Below, piece by piece: positions 34,961 to 47,834 of a stretch of 64,000 nt of DNA. Source of the DNA: Felis catus (taxonomy: Eukaryota); NCBI RefSeq assembly GCF_018350175.1, contig NC_058382.1:14136001-14200000 (forward strand), written 5' to 3'. Position 1 is the stretch's first letter; every line of letters begins with the position of its first letter. A program made the translations under genes and the position numbers. The notes below the pieces were generated by a model that worked only from the letters and a program-made list of their open reading frames with translations, had not been told where the DNA came from and made no database searches.

Positions 34961-35704
34961 GGTGGGGGGTTACTTCTAAGGTCCTGTGGGGCAACTCCCC
35001 GGGGACTGGACCTTGCAAGCTTCCAGTCTGAAAAAAGCAAGTTGGGGCTGGGGTCCAGAACTCCAGGGGCCCCTACCTCGGGGAAAGTGTGGGTCCTCAA
35101 AGTTCTCTCAGTGGCCCCCTGTGCCCGTCAAGATTTCCCGGCAAGCTCTGTCTACTAGGCCTCCCAAATAAATCCTGAATCGATCAACTTCCTTCCACGT
35201 CCACTACCAATCACCTTCTACTCCAAGCTACCATCATCACCCCAAGAGTGCACTAGCCTCCAAATGGAGCTTCCGATCACGCTCTTCCCCGTCTCCACTC
35301 CTCCCCACTCATCTTACTCCAAGCAGCTGAGGGGGATCTTCTGGAAACCTAATCCACAGCACCACTCTATTCCCTGCTCAAAACCCTTCAGTGACACTCA
35401 CAGTAAAATCCAAACTTCTTGCCTCTGCTTGCTTTCCAAACCCTGTTCCCTCCCATGTCACTCTGTGCGCTGACCACACTGGTGTTTTTTCAGTTCAAGC
35501 TCATCCGGCCTCCAGGTCTTTCTTTGCTTTTGTTGTTCTCTCTTCCCTGAATGCTCTCCCCCTGGTTCTTCTATAGCTGACTCCTTCTCCTGCTTGAGGG
35601 CTCCACTCAGATGTCTCTTACTCAGAGGAGCCTGCCCTGACCACCCCCCAGAATCTTTTAGTGTCTTCCTAGCACCATCTGTACATTTCCTGTATTTAAA
35701 ATTT

Positions 35705-36286
35705 CTTTTTTTTTTAATGTTTATTTATTTTTGAGACAGAGAGAGACAGAGCATGAATGAGGGAGGGTCAGAGAGAGAGGGAGACACAGAATCTGAAGCA
35801 GGCTCCAGGCTCTGAGCTATCAGCACAGAGCCCGACGCGGGGCTCGAACTCACGGACTGTGAGATCATGACCTGAGCCGAAGCCGGTGGCCCAACGGACC
35901 GAGCCACCCAGGCGCCCCTACGTTTCCTGTGTTTATGTATGTATTTGTCTGATTTATAGACATTCAATAAATGTTAGGTTAAACTATGTGAAACAGCTGC
36001 TTTCATGGGTTAAAAAAAAGGTTGAATATTGGGCATTTCACATGGTTCACTGAAGAAGTACATAATAATAGCTATTAAAAGTACTTGTTAATAAGAATAG
36101 TTACAATGTAGGGGCGCCTGGGTGGCTCAGTCAGTTAAGCATCTGACTCTTGACTTCTGCTCAGGTCTTGAGATCGAGCCCCGAGTCAGGCTCTGCGCTG
36201 GTATCAAAGGGACTGCTTGGGATTCCCTCCCCTCCTCTACCTCTCTCTCCCCCTCTTTCAAAATAAATAAACTTAAAAAAAAAAAT
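35705..36286. mobile_element. CAN-SINEs in SERTAD1 intron (- 35705-35917; + 36111-36286)
   Basis: Standard bodies, head-to-head. Confidence 0.88.
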
Positions 36287-36505
36287 AGAGTGCACTAGGC
36301 ACTGTTGTAAGTGCTTTTTGTATATTATCTCATTTACTCCAGAGAACAACTCTATTATCTTAAAGTTTCCCTAAGGAAGCACAGGCTCAAGAAGTTAAAT
36401 GACTGGCCCGAGATCACACCAGACACCAGTTACCAGAGCCAGGGTTTGAACTTGCCACGGACTTTCTATAAGTGAATGACTCGCCCCACCCCCCACCCCC
36501 TGCAG

Positions 36506-37234
36506 ATGATGCTGAGCAAAGGTCTGAAGCGCAAGCGGGAGGAGGAGGAGGAGGAGGAGCCGGAGAAGGAAGCCTTGGCAGTCGACACCTGGTGGCTGGA
36601 TCCCAGGCTCCCAGCAGTGGCACAGGCACCCCCGGCTGTGCCCTCCAATTCCCTCTTAGACCTCTCGGTGCTCAAGCTCCACCACAGCCTGCGGCAGAGT
36701 GAGCCGGACCTGCGGCACCTGGTGCTGCTAGTGAACACCCTGCGGCGCATCCAGGCATCCATGGAGCCCGAAGCTACCCTGCCCTCCGTGCCCAGCCCGC
36801 CTGAGGCCCCTGGCGTGGCGGCTGACAGCCTGCTGGCCAGCTCAGACGCTGCCCTCTCAGCCTCCATGGCCAGCCTTCTGGAGGACCTCAGCCATATCGA
36901 GGGCCTGAGCCAGGCCCCCCAGCCCTTGGTGGACGAAGGGCCGCCGGGCCGCCCCAGTGGCGGGGCCCCACCCGGCCTGGGGGCCTTGGACCTGCTGGGC
37001 CCAGCCACTGGCTGTCTGCTGGACGATGAGCTCGAGGGCCTGTTTGAGGACATCGACACCTCTATGTATGACAGCGAACTTTGGGCACCAGCGTCTGAGG
37101 GCCTCAAACCCGGCCCTGAAGATGGGCCTGGCAAGGAGGAAGGTCTGGAGCTGGATGAGGCCCAGCTAGACTACCTCCTGGACGTGTTGGTGGGCACACA
37201 GGCGCTGGAGCGGCCACCGGGGCCGGGGCGCTGA
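36506..37234 (+). CDS. SERTAD1: SERTA domain-containing protein 1 (TRIP-Br1/SEI-1), 242 aa from first ATG, 241 from second
   Basis: cctgcag|ATG ATG CTG; MLSKGLKRKREEEE...LDLSVLKLHHSLRQSEPDLRHLVLLVNTLRRIQ...ALERPPGPGR*. Confidence 0.96.
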   Translation: MMLSKGLKRKREEEEEEEPEKEALAVDTWWLDPRLPAVAQAPPAVPSNSLLDLSVLKLHHSLRQSEPDLRHLVLLVNTLRRIQASMEPEATLPSVPSPPEAPGVAADSLLASSDAALSASMASLLEDLSHIEGLSQAPQPLVDEGPPGRPSGGAPPGLGALDLLGPATGCLLDDELEGLFEDIDTSMYDSELWAPASEGLKPGPEDGPGKEEGLELDEAQLDYLLDVLVGTQALERPPGPGR

Positions 37235-37554
37235 CCCCCACAGCGGAGATGGTGGTTTGGTGTCCAAACTGAGCCTGGTTGCTGGACTAACTGTCCTTGG
37301 AAAGACACAGCTAACTTCCCTAGAACGGAGAGAGGGGCTTTGGAGAGACAGAATCCATTCCTGAGCAACTTCACCTCTGTCCTCTTGTCTAGGGCTAATG
37401 AGGGGAGTCTGGGACTGGCCCTTGGGAGGGGATGACAGGGCCCGGTGGCTGGAATGTGATGTGGACCAGGCCCTGTGCTGGACTGAATCGGCGGAGGTCG
37501 TTCCCGGGGATACTTTTTCCGTGATGTGGGAGGAGACTGCACCATTTTCTGGAA

Positions 37555-37560
37555 ATTAAA
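37555..37560 (+). terminator. SERTAD1 polyadenylation signal ATTAAA
   Basis: Common variant hexamer followed by a GT-rich downstream element (gtctgtgtgctttgt). Confidence 0.65.
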
Positions 37561-38229
37561 ACCAGTCCTGGGTTATTTCAAGTCTGTGTGCTTTGTCTCT
37601 GGGCTAAGGCAAGGGTCAGGTAATAACCTCCAAATTTTACTGAGCGTGGACTGTGTGTGCTAAGCACCTGACGTGTGTTCACTCTTTTCATCTTTGAAAT
37701 TAGATGGCCATTATTACTATCCCCATTTCACATTTTGAGAAAACTGAGGCTCCAACAGGACATCGCATGAGGGGGTGGGTTTCAAGCCATGAACTTTACT
37801 GCTTTCTTGTTCTGGTAAGCGGATGAGTTAGCTCTGGTAACTGGCCCTCTAGAAAACTCCCCCCAACATACTCTGCCAGGTTTCCCTGATTGTGCATGAT
37901 GATGGTGGTCGTGGTAGCAGTGGAGGAGCCCCAGGCCACCAGAAATCATGGCCTTGCCTGAAGTCTACCTGTGTGTCTTGAGGCTGGGGGTGGGGCAAAA
38001 GGGAGGTTTCAGAATGAGCCAGAAATAAAAGCCCAAAGCTGAAGGCTTGATGGAGCTTCTCCAAAGAGCTTTGAGAGCCAGCTCTCCCAAGAAAATGGGG
38101 AAAGGCACGGGAGACTCCAGAAAGTTAAGAAGAAAAAAAAAAAATCCACTCGGGGTCTCAAATCTGCCTTTGGGCAGGGATAGGGCAATTTGGAGGGTGC
38201 CTCTGAAATAAAGCCACCGGGTTTAGCGG

Positions 38230-38830
38230 CTTGACCGCAAAGCAGAGGCGGTCCTGCCTTCCTTCTAGAAGAAACCCAGGCCCTGGCGAGCTGGGGCCAC
38301 CTGCCCCACTGCTCGTGTGATAGGGCCCGCCCGAGCGCCGCGCCGGGTGTCTGCGCCGCCCCCGCGGTCCAGCCGCATTCCTGGCCCGGCTGGGAGGGGC
38401 CGCACACTCAGAGGCCTGGCACGGGACCCAGGAGGCGTCCTTCCTGGCGGCTGTGGGGGCAGGGCAGCGCCCCGGGTGCGGGCGGGGGGAGGGGCACGGT
38501 GAAACCCACGGGCGGCCGCGGGGCCGGGGGCCGGACGGTGACCTGCGAGGCCCGCTGGGCCTCCAGTGGGGTAACGCCGGCAAGAGGACACCGAAATCGC
38601 CGGGCCCCAGAGCCTCCACCCTGGCCGGAAGCTCTAGGGAGGCTGAAGCTGGGGTGGAACTGGGGGAGGCGGGCAGCTTCGGCGGCCCCTCGGGCCGGGA
38701 AGGGGCGGGCAGAGCGGAGCTTCCTGGAGGAGGAGAGGAAGTCGTGCCCATTTCTGGAAGTGGATGGGGCGGCCCGGGGAGGGGGAGTGGAAATGGCCCG
38801 AAGGGAGCTGGTGCCCTGGCTGAGGGTCTT
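38230..38830. promoter_or_regulatory. Orphan CpG island between SERTAD1 and PRX
   Basis: CpG-dense, GC boxes, no recognisable protein. Confidence 0.65.
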
Positions 38831-39926
38831 CGGGTGCCTGACTCCTACACCGGGTGACTCCAATGGGATTCAGACCTTGAGAGTGTGGGTTGAGCTCTGC
38901 AATGCCCCCTGGTGCTCAGTCTGGGGGTCTGAGATGCCACTGCCTTCGTTCCCTGTAGATCTGTCCAGTGGTCAAGTAATCTCCCAGTGTAGGGCCAGGA
39001 ATGCCCTCTGTTTACAACACTCTGGGGGCCTGTTTCCGTTGTCTCTGGGTGCCAAACTGGGGGACAATCTGTGATGCATACTGATGCAGACAGCCTACCC
39101 ATCTGTCAACGATGCTCGCATCTGCCCCTGTGCCTACTTGGCCAGCGATGCCCCCTCTCCCCAGAGCCTCTGTATACAGTTGCACAGGTTGTGGGCTGCG
39201 CATAGACCCTATGTTTAAGGGGCTACTATGCGTGTTTCAGGCACCATTCGTTTACATATTGACTGCAACAGTTTCCCAGCAGATGGAGGTCAAACGCCTT
39301 GGGGAAGGAGTATGCCTTTTGCACAAAAGCACCATATGGGCTGGATCAGCTATAGTCCCATCCCACAGGTGCCCTCGGGTCTATGAGCAGCTCGCGCCTG
39401 AGGACCTATTCCCCCCACCCCCTACTCTCCCCATGTCTGACCCCCAGATGATTGCGCAGGCTCCCAGGCTCTAGTGTGCCCCACCGCCCTCAGGCTCAAC
39501 CTCAAGAGGCCACCCTACCTCAGCCAGCAGATTCCAGGGCCCACACCATTCCGAGCTGAGCCACCAGCCCTGGCGCTGTTACTCCTTTTCACAGAGCCTC
39601 TGTGTTCCTGCCAGGACACTCCCCAGCCAGGCTAGCTCCCCTCCAGGGGCATTCTCAGGACCCCCCATCACACACACACCTCTCTCCTCAACACCTGGGA
39701 CAGTTGTCCTTGCTGTCCTTCACTCCCCTCCCTTCATCCCTTCTCTTATTCAGAAAAGATGTATGCTGGCCTACTGCATGCCTGGCTAAATCTGACCGTG
39801 TCTGTCCTCTGCTCCTCTGAGATCTGAACTCTGCCCCTACCAGGGCTCATCTCCCCCACCTCCCCGTCCCATTCACGCACTTAAGGAACATTTACTGAGC
39901 ACCTGTGGTCCCAGTGCAGAAATCTA

Positions 39927-40143
39927 TGCTTTTTTTTTTTTTAACATTTATTCATTTTTGAGAGTGAGAGACAGAGCATGAGCGGGGGAGGGGCAGAGAG
40001 AGAGGGAGACACAGAATCTGAAGCAGGCTCCAGGCTCCAAACTGTCAGCACAGAGCCCGACGCGGGGCTCGAACTCACGAACCATGAGATCATGACCCAA
40101 GCCGAAGTCTGATGCTCAACCAACTGAACCACCTAGGCGCCCC
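39927..40143 (-). mobile_element. CAN-SINE with TSD cagaaatcta
   Basis: Motif on both flanks. Confidence 0.9.
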
Positions 40144-41461
40144 CAGAAATCTAATTATGCTTAAGTCGATGATTATTGATGCAATAAGCCCTTGAGCAGA
40201 GGTTGTGCTGAAAAGCCAGATCGCCTGCATTTGAACCTCTCTGCTTTGCCATCCTGTGGCTCTGTGACCCTAAGCAAGGGACTTCACGTCTCTGTGCTCA
40301 TCTGTAAACTGGAACAGCCTACCTCCAAGGGCTGTTGTCCCGAGGTGGATGGGGTGGGTGAGTGTTGTAGGCAGAGGGAACAGTATAAGCAACGGCTAGC
40401 CCCTGAGGGACCCTAAAACTTTTTCTAGGATCTGGAAGTTCTGGGTTTGGCTGGAAAGAGGGAGAAGCAGTAAGGTAAGTGATGGGGCTGGAGGGGTCTG
40501 CAGGGGGCCAGGGCGCAAGGGACACTGGGTGAGGGACTTTACTGCTAAGGTACTAGGGAATCACGAAGTGAAGGAATCCCTCTGGCTGCCATGTGGACGC
40601 AGTGGTACAGAGGGGAGACTAAAGGCCGGGAACCCCGAGGGGAAGCTGGGAAGGGACATCACATCCGTGGCAGGATGGTTGGGAGGAAGGGGAGAGGGGT
40701 TTGAAAACCAAGAGGACAGGCTCCGGGATTGATGAGCCTCGATGGGGCAGGGGCCTCACACAAGGCCCAGGGCTCTAACCAGGAGACCCACGGGGACAGT
40801 TGGGGCTGCCTTGGGATGGTGACTGGGGGGACAAGCAGGTCTGGGGTTGACGCTGAGGCCAGAGAGGGACACAGTGGGTGAGAGGGGCTGGTGGGGGGAC
40901 ACCCTGGAGAAGGCATCTGGGTCTTGAGGCCCGTGGGACTGGGCTTAATAGGGAGGGTGGGAGGCAGGAGCAGGCAGAGGTGATGTGAGTGAGGGAGAGA
41001 TATTGGCTGTGTTGCTGGGCACCCAGCTACCACTTGGCTCGGAGTGGATCGGAGAGGGTGGTCCCTGAGGACAAGCTTCCACCTCTTTCCCCAGCCGCAC
41101 AGGATATCCTGTGTTTACTGAGGTGGCCTTGGCCGGAACCGGGACACTGGTGCCACCCCCTAAACTCAATTTCCCGTGGCCACACCCCCTGGGGTGAGGA
41201 AAATTGAGAGACACAGAGAGAGACAGAGAGAGGGACAGAGACGAGGAATGAGGATAGAGACAAAGAGAGGAACAGAGAGGTACAAAGACACACAGACACA
41301 CTGTTCATGACAAAACACGGCAAACTAGAAAAGGAAGCTTCCTCAGCTTCCCCTGCCTCTTTTACATTCCCTGATTTCTCCAAGGGGCCCCTTGCACAGG
41401 CTGTCCCCCTACTTGGAACCCACTCTCACTGACCCACCACGTACCCAGCAGCCTTCCGTGA

Positions 41462-41488
41462 ACTTTTTTTTTTTTAATTTTATTTAGT

Positions 41489-41529
<41 letters not shown>

Positions 41530-41694
41530 ATGGGGGAGGGGCAGAGAGAGAGGGAGACACAGAATCCTTAGCAGGCTCCATCCAGGCTCTGGGCTGTCAG
41601 CACAGAGCCTGACACGGGGCTCAAACTCACAAACTGCAAGGTCATGACCTGAGCTGAAGTCGGACACTCAACCAACTGAGCCCCCCAGGTGCCC
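41462..41694 (-). mobile_element. CAN-SINE with expanded (GA)n
   Basis: Standard body in reverse. Confidence 0.9.
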
Positions 41695-42778
41695 CTCCAC
41701 GAACTCACTCCTACATATCCTTCAGGTGCCAGTTCAAATGTCACTTCCTCCAGGAAGCTCTCCCTGCCCTTTCTGGTAGTACCAGAGTGCCAGGCCCCTC
41801 TTATAGACCTAGATCTGTCCCTCATAGTGCTTAGCTCAGTATGTAAGTATACACTCATGTCACTGATCACTTCTTTAATGTCGGCCCTCATACCCACCCC
41901 CCCCCCCCACACACACACACACTGGGAGTCTTGTGAGGGCAAAATCAGGGTCACTGCTGTGTCCTAAGCACCACTGAGCCCAGGGTTGGATACCGAAGAG
42001 GTATCTGTGAACAGCTGCTGAATGAATGTATACATGAGGAGGAAACATAAGGGGCATGTTTGGCCCGGGGACACAGCCATGAACAAGGAAGGACATAGTT
42101 GTCACCTCCTAGAAATTTCACATGTGCTGACCTCTCTCTGGATTCAGATCCTCCCCACAGGCTGTTCCCTCTGCCCATAAAACTTCCCCTCCCTCTTCTC
42201 TTGCCTAGCTCCTGTAGGTCATCCAAGTCTCAGTTCACATGTCCCCTCCTCCAGGAAGCCTTACCTGACCTCCCTTGCTAAGCTGGAGCAAGGGACCTTT
42301 CCTGGGCTCCCCCGTCAAGGCCCTGACCTTTTTCCCTGTGACTCTCTCACCCCAACCCTGGGCCATGCTGGGTCTGTGTCCCTGTTGGACTGTGAACTTT
42401 GTGAAAGCAAGCCCGGGCTATCTCGGTCACACTGTGTCCCCGGCACCATCCAGCGTAGGGCTGGACTCACTAACTGCTGACATTGGATAAAGACTGCTCC
42501 CTTTCTCCCCTCTGGTACACTTTGCCTGCATTTGTCCCCTCTCCCTGGAAGCCCCTTCCTGCACTTTTACCTGACTCCCTGCTTCTCCACCATCCAGTTT
42601 GACTTCAGAGGTCACGCCTTCCAGGAATCCTTTCCTGAGCCTGCCCCCCACCCCCACCCCATGGTACATGGTAAATGTAAGTCTGTCGGTATCTCCAATG
42701 CCCAGCAAAGAGGCTGCTGGCAAGGGCTTGTGAATGTTTGTTGAATGAATAAATGAACAGGTGGATGGTTGAATGAAT

Positions 42779-42817
<39 letters not shown>

Positions 42818-44316
42818 CACTGGGGTGAGGGGCTCCTCAGGACCATCAGCAGCCCCATTCCTTCCTCCCTTCCCAGGAGAAGGGTTCTGGCAGGGTTCTG
42901 GCCACACCCCAACCCTTGGTGGCTGCCAGGCCTGGATGGCATTTCCCAGAGCTCAGCACATTCCTGCCTTCCCTGGCGGCTGAGAGTGGGCAGGGGGCAT
43001 TTTGGAGAGAAGGGGGGAGGCCCCTAGAATTCTGGGATCCTGCCAACTTGTGCCGGGTCCCCATGCCCTCAGGGAAGTAGGCCCCAAGCTCTCGGTGTGG
43101 CGGGGAGGGGTACAGGTCCACAGAGGGGCCAGGGGGCTGGTGTGAGGGGCAAGGTTGACAACTGAGGGGAAGGCCTGGTGGCCGTGCCTGGCCAGACAAT
43201 GGGACAGAAGCTGCTGACATGCATTTTGGGGGTAATCCCCAGTTTCATCCCAGCCCTGGCCCCAGGCCTGGGCTCAGAGAGCCCGGAGCATCGGAGCCAG
43301 CGGCCGGGTGGGTGCAAGGGGCATGTGGGGGTACTTGTGCTCTCTGTGCCGCCCCCCGGGGTCTGGTGAGTCAGGGCAGGCTGGGGCCGGGGGCTGAGGG
43401 ATCAGGGTGAGGCCTGGGGGCCTTGGTTTGGGAGTTGGGCAGGTCGGGGTTCAAATCCTGGGGCTACCAATTACTTGCTATGGGTGACTTTGGGTTTCAC
43501 TTACCCTCTCTGAGCCTCCTTGACTGTTTTATGAAGGGGACAGAAGAGAGTTGCAGGGTCTCTGGGCCTAATGTGTTCCCCGTGTACCCTGGATTCTGGG
43601 AGCAGAGCTCTGGGTGCCCAGCACATTCTTTAGCACATGATGGGTGTCCCCCCAGCACAGAAACTCCATTAAACAGAGAAGTGGGGTTCCCCTGTGCCCA
43701 GGCCAAAAGCCCCTCCCCCAACAAGTCTAGCCGGCCCCCTAATTTGTGTGACTAATAATGCAAAATTCTTATAAGGAGCACTCACTCTGTGCCAGGCACT
43801 TTTTCAAGTTTTTAGCCTCTTTTAACGCATCTCATCTTCACAACAACCCCATGAGGTGGGCGCTTTTTATCACCCCTGTTTTAGAGACAAGGAAAAGGGG
43901 GCCCAGAAAGATGCCGTGGCACAGCCAGGAGGTGACTAGACTGGGATCTGAACCCAAACTGACCGGGAGAAGGAGTAGAAGGAGTTTATTTTAGGGGCCC
44001 CTGGAACCAGTGGGGCCATGCCTGGGTCTGGAACCAGGAAATAATGCCTGTCGGGTGATCAGCCTCCGAGTGGCGGGAGCAACGTCCAAGTCCCTGGAAC
44101 AAGGCTCCTGGTGAAGGTCTCAGCCCAGTCCAGGGCGCACAGCCTGTCTGAGCCGTCTTATGGCTCCCCACCCCCTTGCCTGTGGATGTAGCTGGGGGGG
44201 GGGGGGGGGCAGGGATGTTTGTTTCCCCACCACCCACTCCCTGGTGATGTCATGCCTCAGCAGCCAATGGCTGGGGTCTCTCCCTCCTCCCCCTCCCCAT
44301 TCCTTTTCCCCCCCAG

Positions 44317-44375
44317 CCTGGGGCTGAGGCTGAGCAGACGGACTGGGAGCTCTCGAGGTGTCTGGAGGCTTAGGG
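44317..44375 (+). other. PRX: PRX upstream exon (first exon of canonical transcript or internal exon of a longer one)
   Basis: Long pyrimidine tract + cag| at 44316; donor AGGG|GTAAGA; sequence resembles the periaxin 5'UTR as I recall it. Confidence 0.6.
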
Positions 44376-47300
44376 GTAAGAGATCAGCCTGTCTAACCCG
44401 ATGCTTGGCCAGGCTGAGAAGCCAAGGGAATGAGACCCAGGGTCCTGGGAGGTGCTGGCAGGTGCTGGCAGATACTGGGAGGGTACCTGGGCTCAGGAGG
44501 CAGTGTGGTGTAGGAGTTAAAGGCACAGACTTTGGAGCCAGACCCTGGGTTCGAATCTCAATGTTCCCCTCTTTCTGGCTATGCAGTCTTGGGCAAGATG
44601 CTGCACCCTTTGTACCTCTGCTTTTCCATCTGTGAAATGGGCTGATGGAGAGTAAATGAATTGCTGCTTACCAAGAGCTGGGCAGGATGCCTGGGGTGGA
44701 GCAGGCTTTTTGGTGCTTGGAATAGGGTGCTGGGGAGGCAGCACTGATCCCGTTGGTAGGAGGCAGGTGCCTGAGCTGGGTTTTGTCCCTCACCCAGAGT
44801 TCCCCTTGGCTAAGAGAGAAAGTGGGGCCACTGGTTAGCAAAACCTGGATACGAGACACTTGAGATGCACAGCCTACCCTCCAACTGCTGTCAAAGACTA
44901 GTGTATATTGCCTGAGCACTTACTCTATACCAGGAATATTCTAAGCACCTGCTGTTATTTTGTGAATCCTCAAAGCCACTCTTAGTGGCTCCATCTCACA
45001 GATGAGGAAACTGAGGCCCTGGGAGGTGAAATACTTTGCCCAAGTATTCAAACCTGAGAAATGTGAGAGCGGGGACTAACTGAGGGAGCTGGGAGGCCCC
45101 TGCCAGCACGCCTCCCCCTCTGCCTCACAGATGGTCTAGGGGCCAGGATGAGTCCGGTCAACTCCTCACTCCCACTGCTGAGGGCACCAGATCACTGGCA
45201 GTTAGGGAAGCTGAAGCTCTGGGTAGGCAGAGCTCCTAAATGGGGTTGGCACCAGCCATGGGGAGAAGAGGGTACAGAGGGGCAAATCTAGGGGTTTCCT
45301 CAGCAGGCCCAGCTCAGCTGAAGGGCCCAGGGCCCAAATGACAGGCACTCACCCCAGCCCCTCTGAAGGGCATTGGCGGCATCATAAATTGGATTCTAAG
45401 TGGCACCTTCCTCCGGGAGGTATTGTGAGGATTTAATGAGCCAAGGTAGGGAAGGGTCTTTGCACATAGTAAGTGCTCAAGAAATGGGGACTCCGAGAAT
45501 TCTAGAAGCTCAGGAATGTACCAGGGGAGTGCCAAAGGAACCACTCAAGAATGGCTCTTGGCACCTGGGCGGCCCTGCCTGGACTTGATTCACCGGGGGA
45601 ACCCCAATAGATCTTCCCCTAACACAGTCAGGGACCCCCAGGAACCTCCCCCTCCCCTCCCCTGCCTAATGGGACGGGTAGGGCTGGGAACAGAGAGTGC
45701 CCGGGGTGGACGGGGTTTCCTTCCGAAGCCACCCCCACCCCATGCCAGGACCTGGGTATGTGGCTCAGGAAGGGCACAGTTAGGCTAAATATAACCTGGG
45801 TTGGGCGGCTGTCCCAGGCAGGGATGAGGAAGGAGGGCACTCTCTCTTGCTCCCGCCCCAGCTAAGCTTCCTGTGCCAGCCTCTGGGTGTGACCCTCGCT
45901 GCCCTGGCCTGAAACCGGGAGCTTGCGGTCCAGGAGAGCCTCCCCTCCATCTCTACCACCTCCTACACGTAGCAGGCTCTCCCACCTCCAGCTCAGGATG
46001 CTACGTTGTGTCAGGGACTCAGTCTTGCAGACCCAAGTTGTCTGTTACCGTCGTATCCTGTCACTGTGATATCTGAACCCTAACTTTCTCGTAAGTAAAA
46101 TGGGGGTACTGAGGCCACATCTGTAAAGTGCCTGCCCAGCCCAGAGTCGGCACCAGAGAGGTCCTTCTAAAAATGCCCGTTTCGGGGCACCCTCAATCCC
46201 CATGCCCTCCCCCCAGTTGTTTTGCTGCTTGGGCTCCTCCAGTGCTCAGAGCCACCAATACGAGTTCAGTTACAGAGTTGGGGGTCAAGGGCAGGGTCTT
46301 GGCTGTGTGACCCCAGACAGGTCACTTCCCCACGCTGAGCCTCAGTTTCCAACTCTAAAACAGCCACCGCATTCAGGGTGATTTTGAGACTTATGGGTGC
46401 CAGCCCTGGGTCCAGTTCAGAGGAAATGCCACAGATGTGGGAGCTGAGGGCTCAGAGGGGAGCCTGGGGAAGGCCATGGAGACCAGGACTCCTAGGAGCA
46501 CCAGAGAGGGGCCCTCTGCTACTGTGGGGTGCCTGCCAGTGGAGTGGGTACAGCTGGAGCATTGAGGGGTCCCTGTGTCCTCTATCTTGGCCAGTGGTGG
46601 GCTATGAAGAGCCATTGTGCGGCTGGGGGTGGGTGGGCAGGGGCGGAATGTGACTGGGCCCAGCAGATGGGCCATTGTTTGAGGGAATGTGCCGCGTGAG
46701 GCCTGACCTTTCCCTGTAGAGTGGGGGTTGGCGGGTTGGCATGCCAGGTGGGGGCTGGGAGGACAAGGCCAGCGTTGGCATGAGGAGGGGTAGAGAGACA
46801 GTATCCACTCCCCAGAAAGGTCTGTTGGGGAATCTGCATGGGAATCCCAGTTCTGCCGCCTTCTCACTGTGCTGTGTGACCTTATGCAAGGTCCTTGGCC
46901 TCTCTGAGAGGCTAGGGTTTTCTGTAGTGAGAAGCACAGGGCTGATGAAGAGTAACCACTCCAACACCCATTGGTTATTATCATCCGTATAAGAGTCTGG
47001 AACTCTCAGATAAGTTCAAGTCCTGGCTTAGCCATTTGTGACCATCCGTGCATGGCTTCCCTTCTCCCAGCCTCAGGTGTCTTTTCCGTTAATGGGCTCA
47101 ACGATTGTCTTGACCTCACAAGAGTGTTCTGAGGTTTATGTGCAATGACCCCTGTGGGACATCTGACACAAGATCGGGACCACGGGAAGTTCTTAGTCAC
47201 AATGATAGTAAGTGCTTCTGAAGCCCCTCCATGTACCTGGAATTTTAGATTTGCTAACGTATTTGACAAAGTAGGTGCTCTCCTTCTCCCCCGTTTTCTA

Positions 47301-47608
47301 GACGAGGAAGCTGAGGCACAGAGAGATGAGGTGATTTGCCCACAGGGAGTACGTGGGAGTGGTTAGGATGGGTTTATACGGAATGTGGCTCCCTCGCTCC
47401 GCCCCGGTGTTTGGTGGAGTGGCTCTGCTGTCGGACAGTCCTAGGAGTCAGCTCTGGCTTTACTGTTTGCTGTAAAAAGGTCTTCTAAGCCTCGGTCTCC
47501 CTGCCTGCGCTATGGGGATAGAATATTGACAGCACGCAGGAAGGGGCAGACATGTAGGAAGCAATTGGTGGGGTCAGCTGATGGTAATGCTCACCTTCTT
47601 CTTCTTAG

Positions 47609-47652
47609 AGCCCCGGACCCAGGAGGCCCAAGGAGCTGGAGGTGATCCTGAG
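47609..47652 (+). other. PRX: PRX 5' exon (44 nt)
   Basis: cttcttcttag|AGCCCCGG...CCTGAG|gtgagc. Confidence 0.8.
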
Positions 47653-47735
47653 GTGAGCATTGGCCGGTGCCACATGCCCCTCCCTGTCCCTCCCTGGCCT
47701 GCTTGGAGCCTCATGCCCTGGTCTCTTCCTGGCAG

Positions 47736-47834
47736 GCAGCAAGACCCCAGAGGAAGGGCGCGAGCCCCGCAGACGACTGCGCAGTACCCCAGGCTGGGCT
47801 CCTGTTAGGAGGGGGTGCCTGTGCTCAGGCAGCG
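47736..47834 (+). other. PRX: PRX 5' exon (99 nt)
   Basis: ctcttcctggcag|GCAGCAAG...GCAGCG|gtgaga. Confidence 0.75.
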
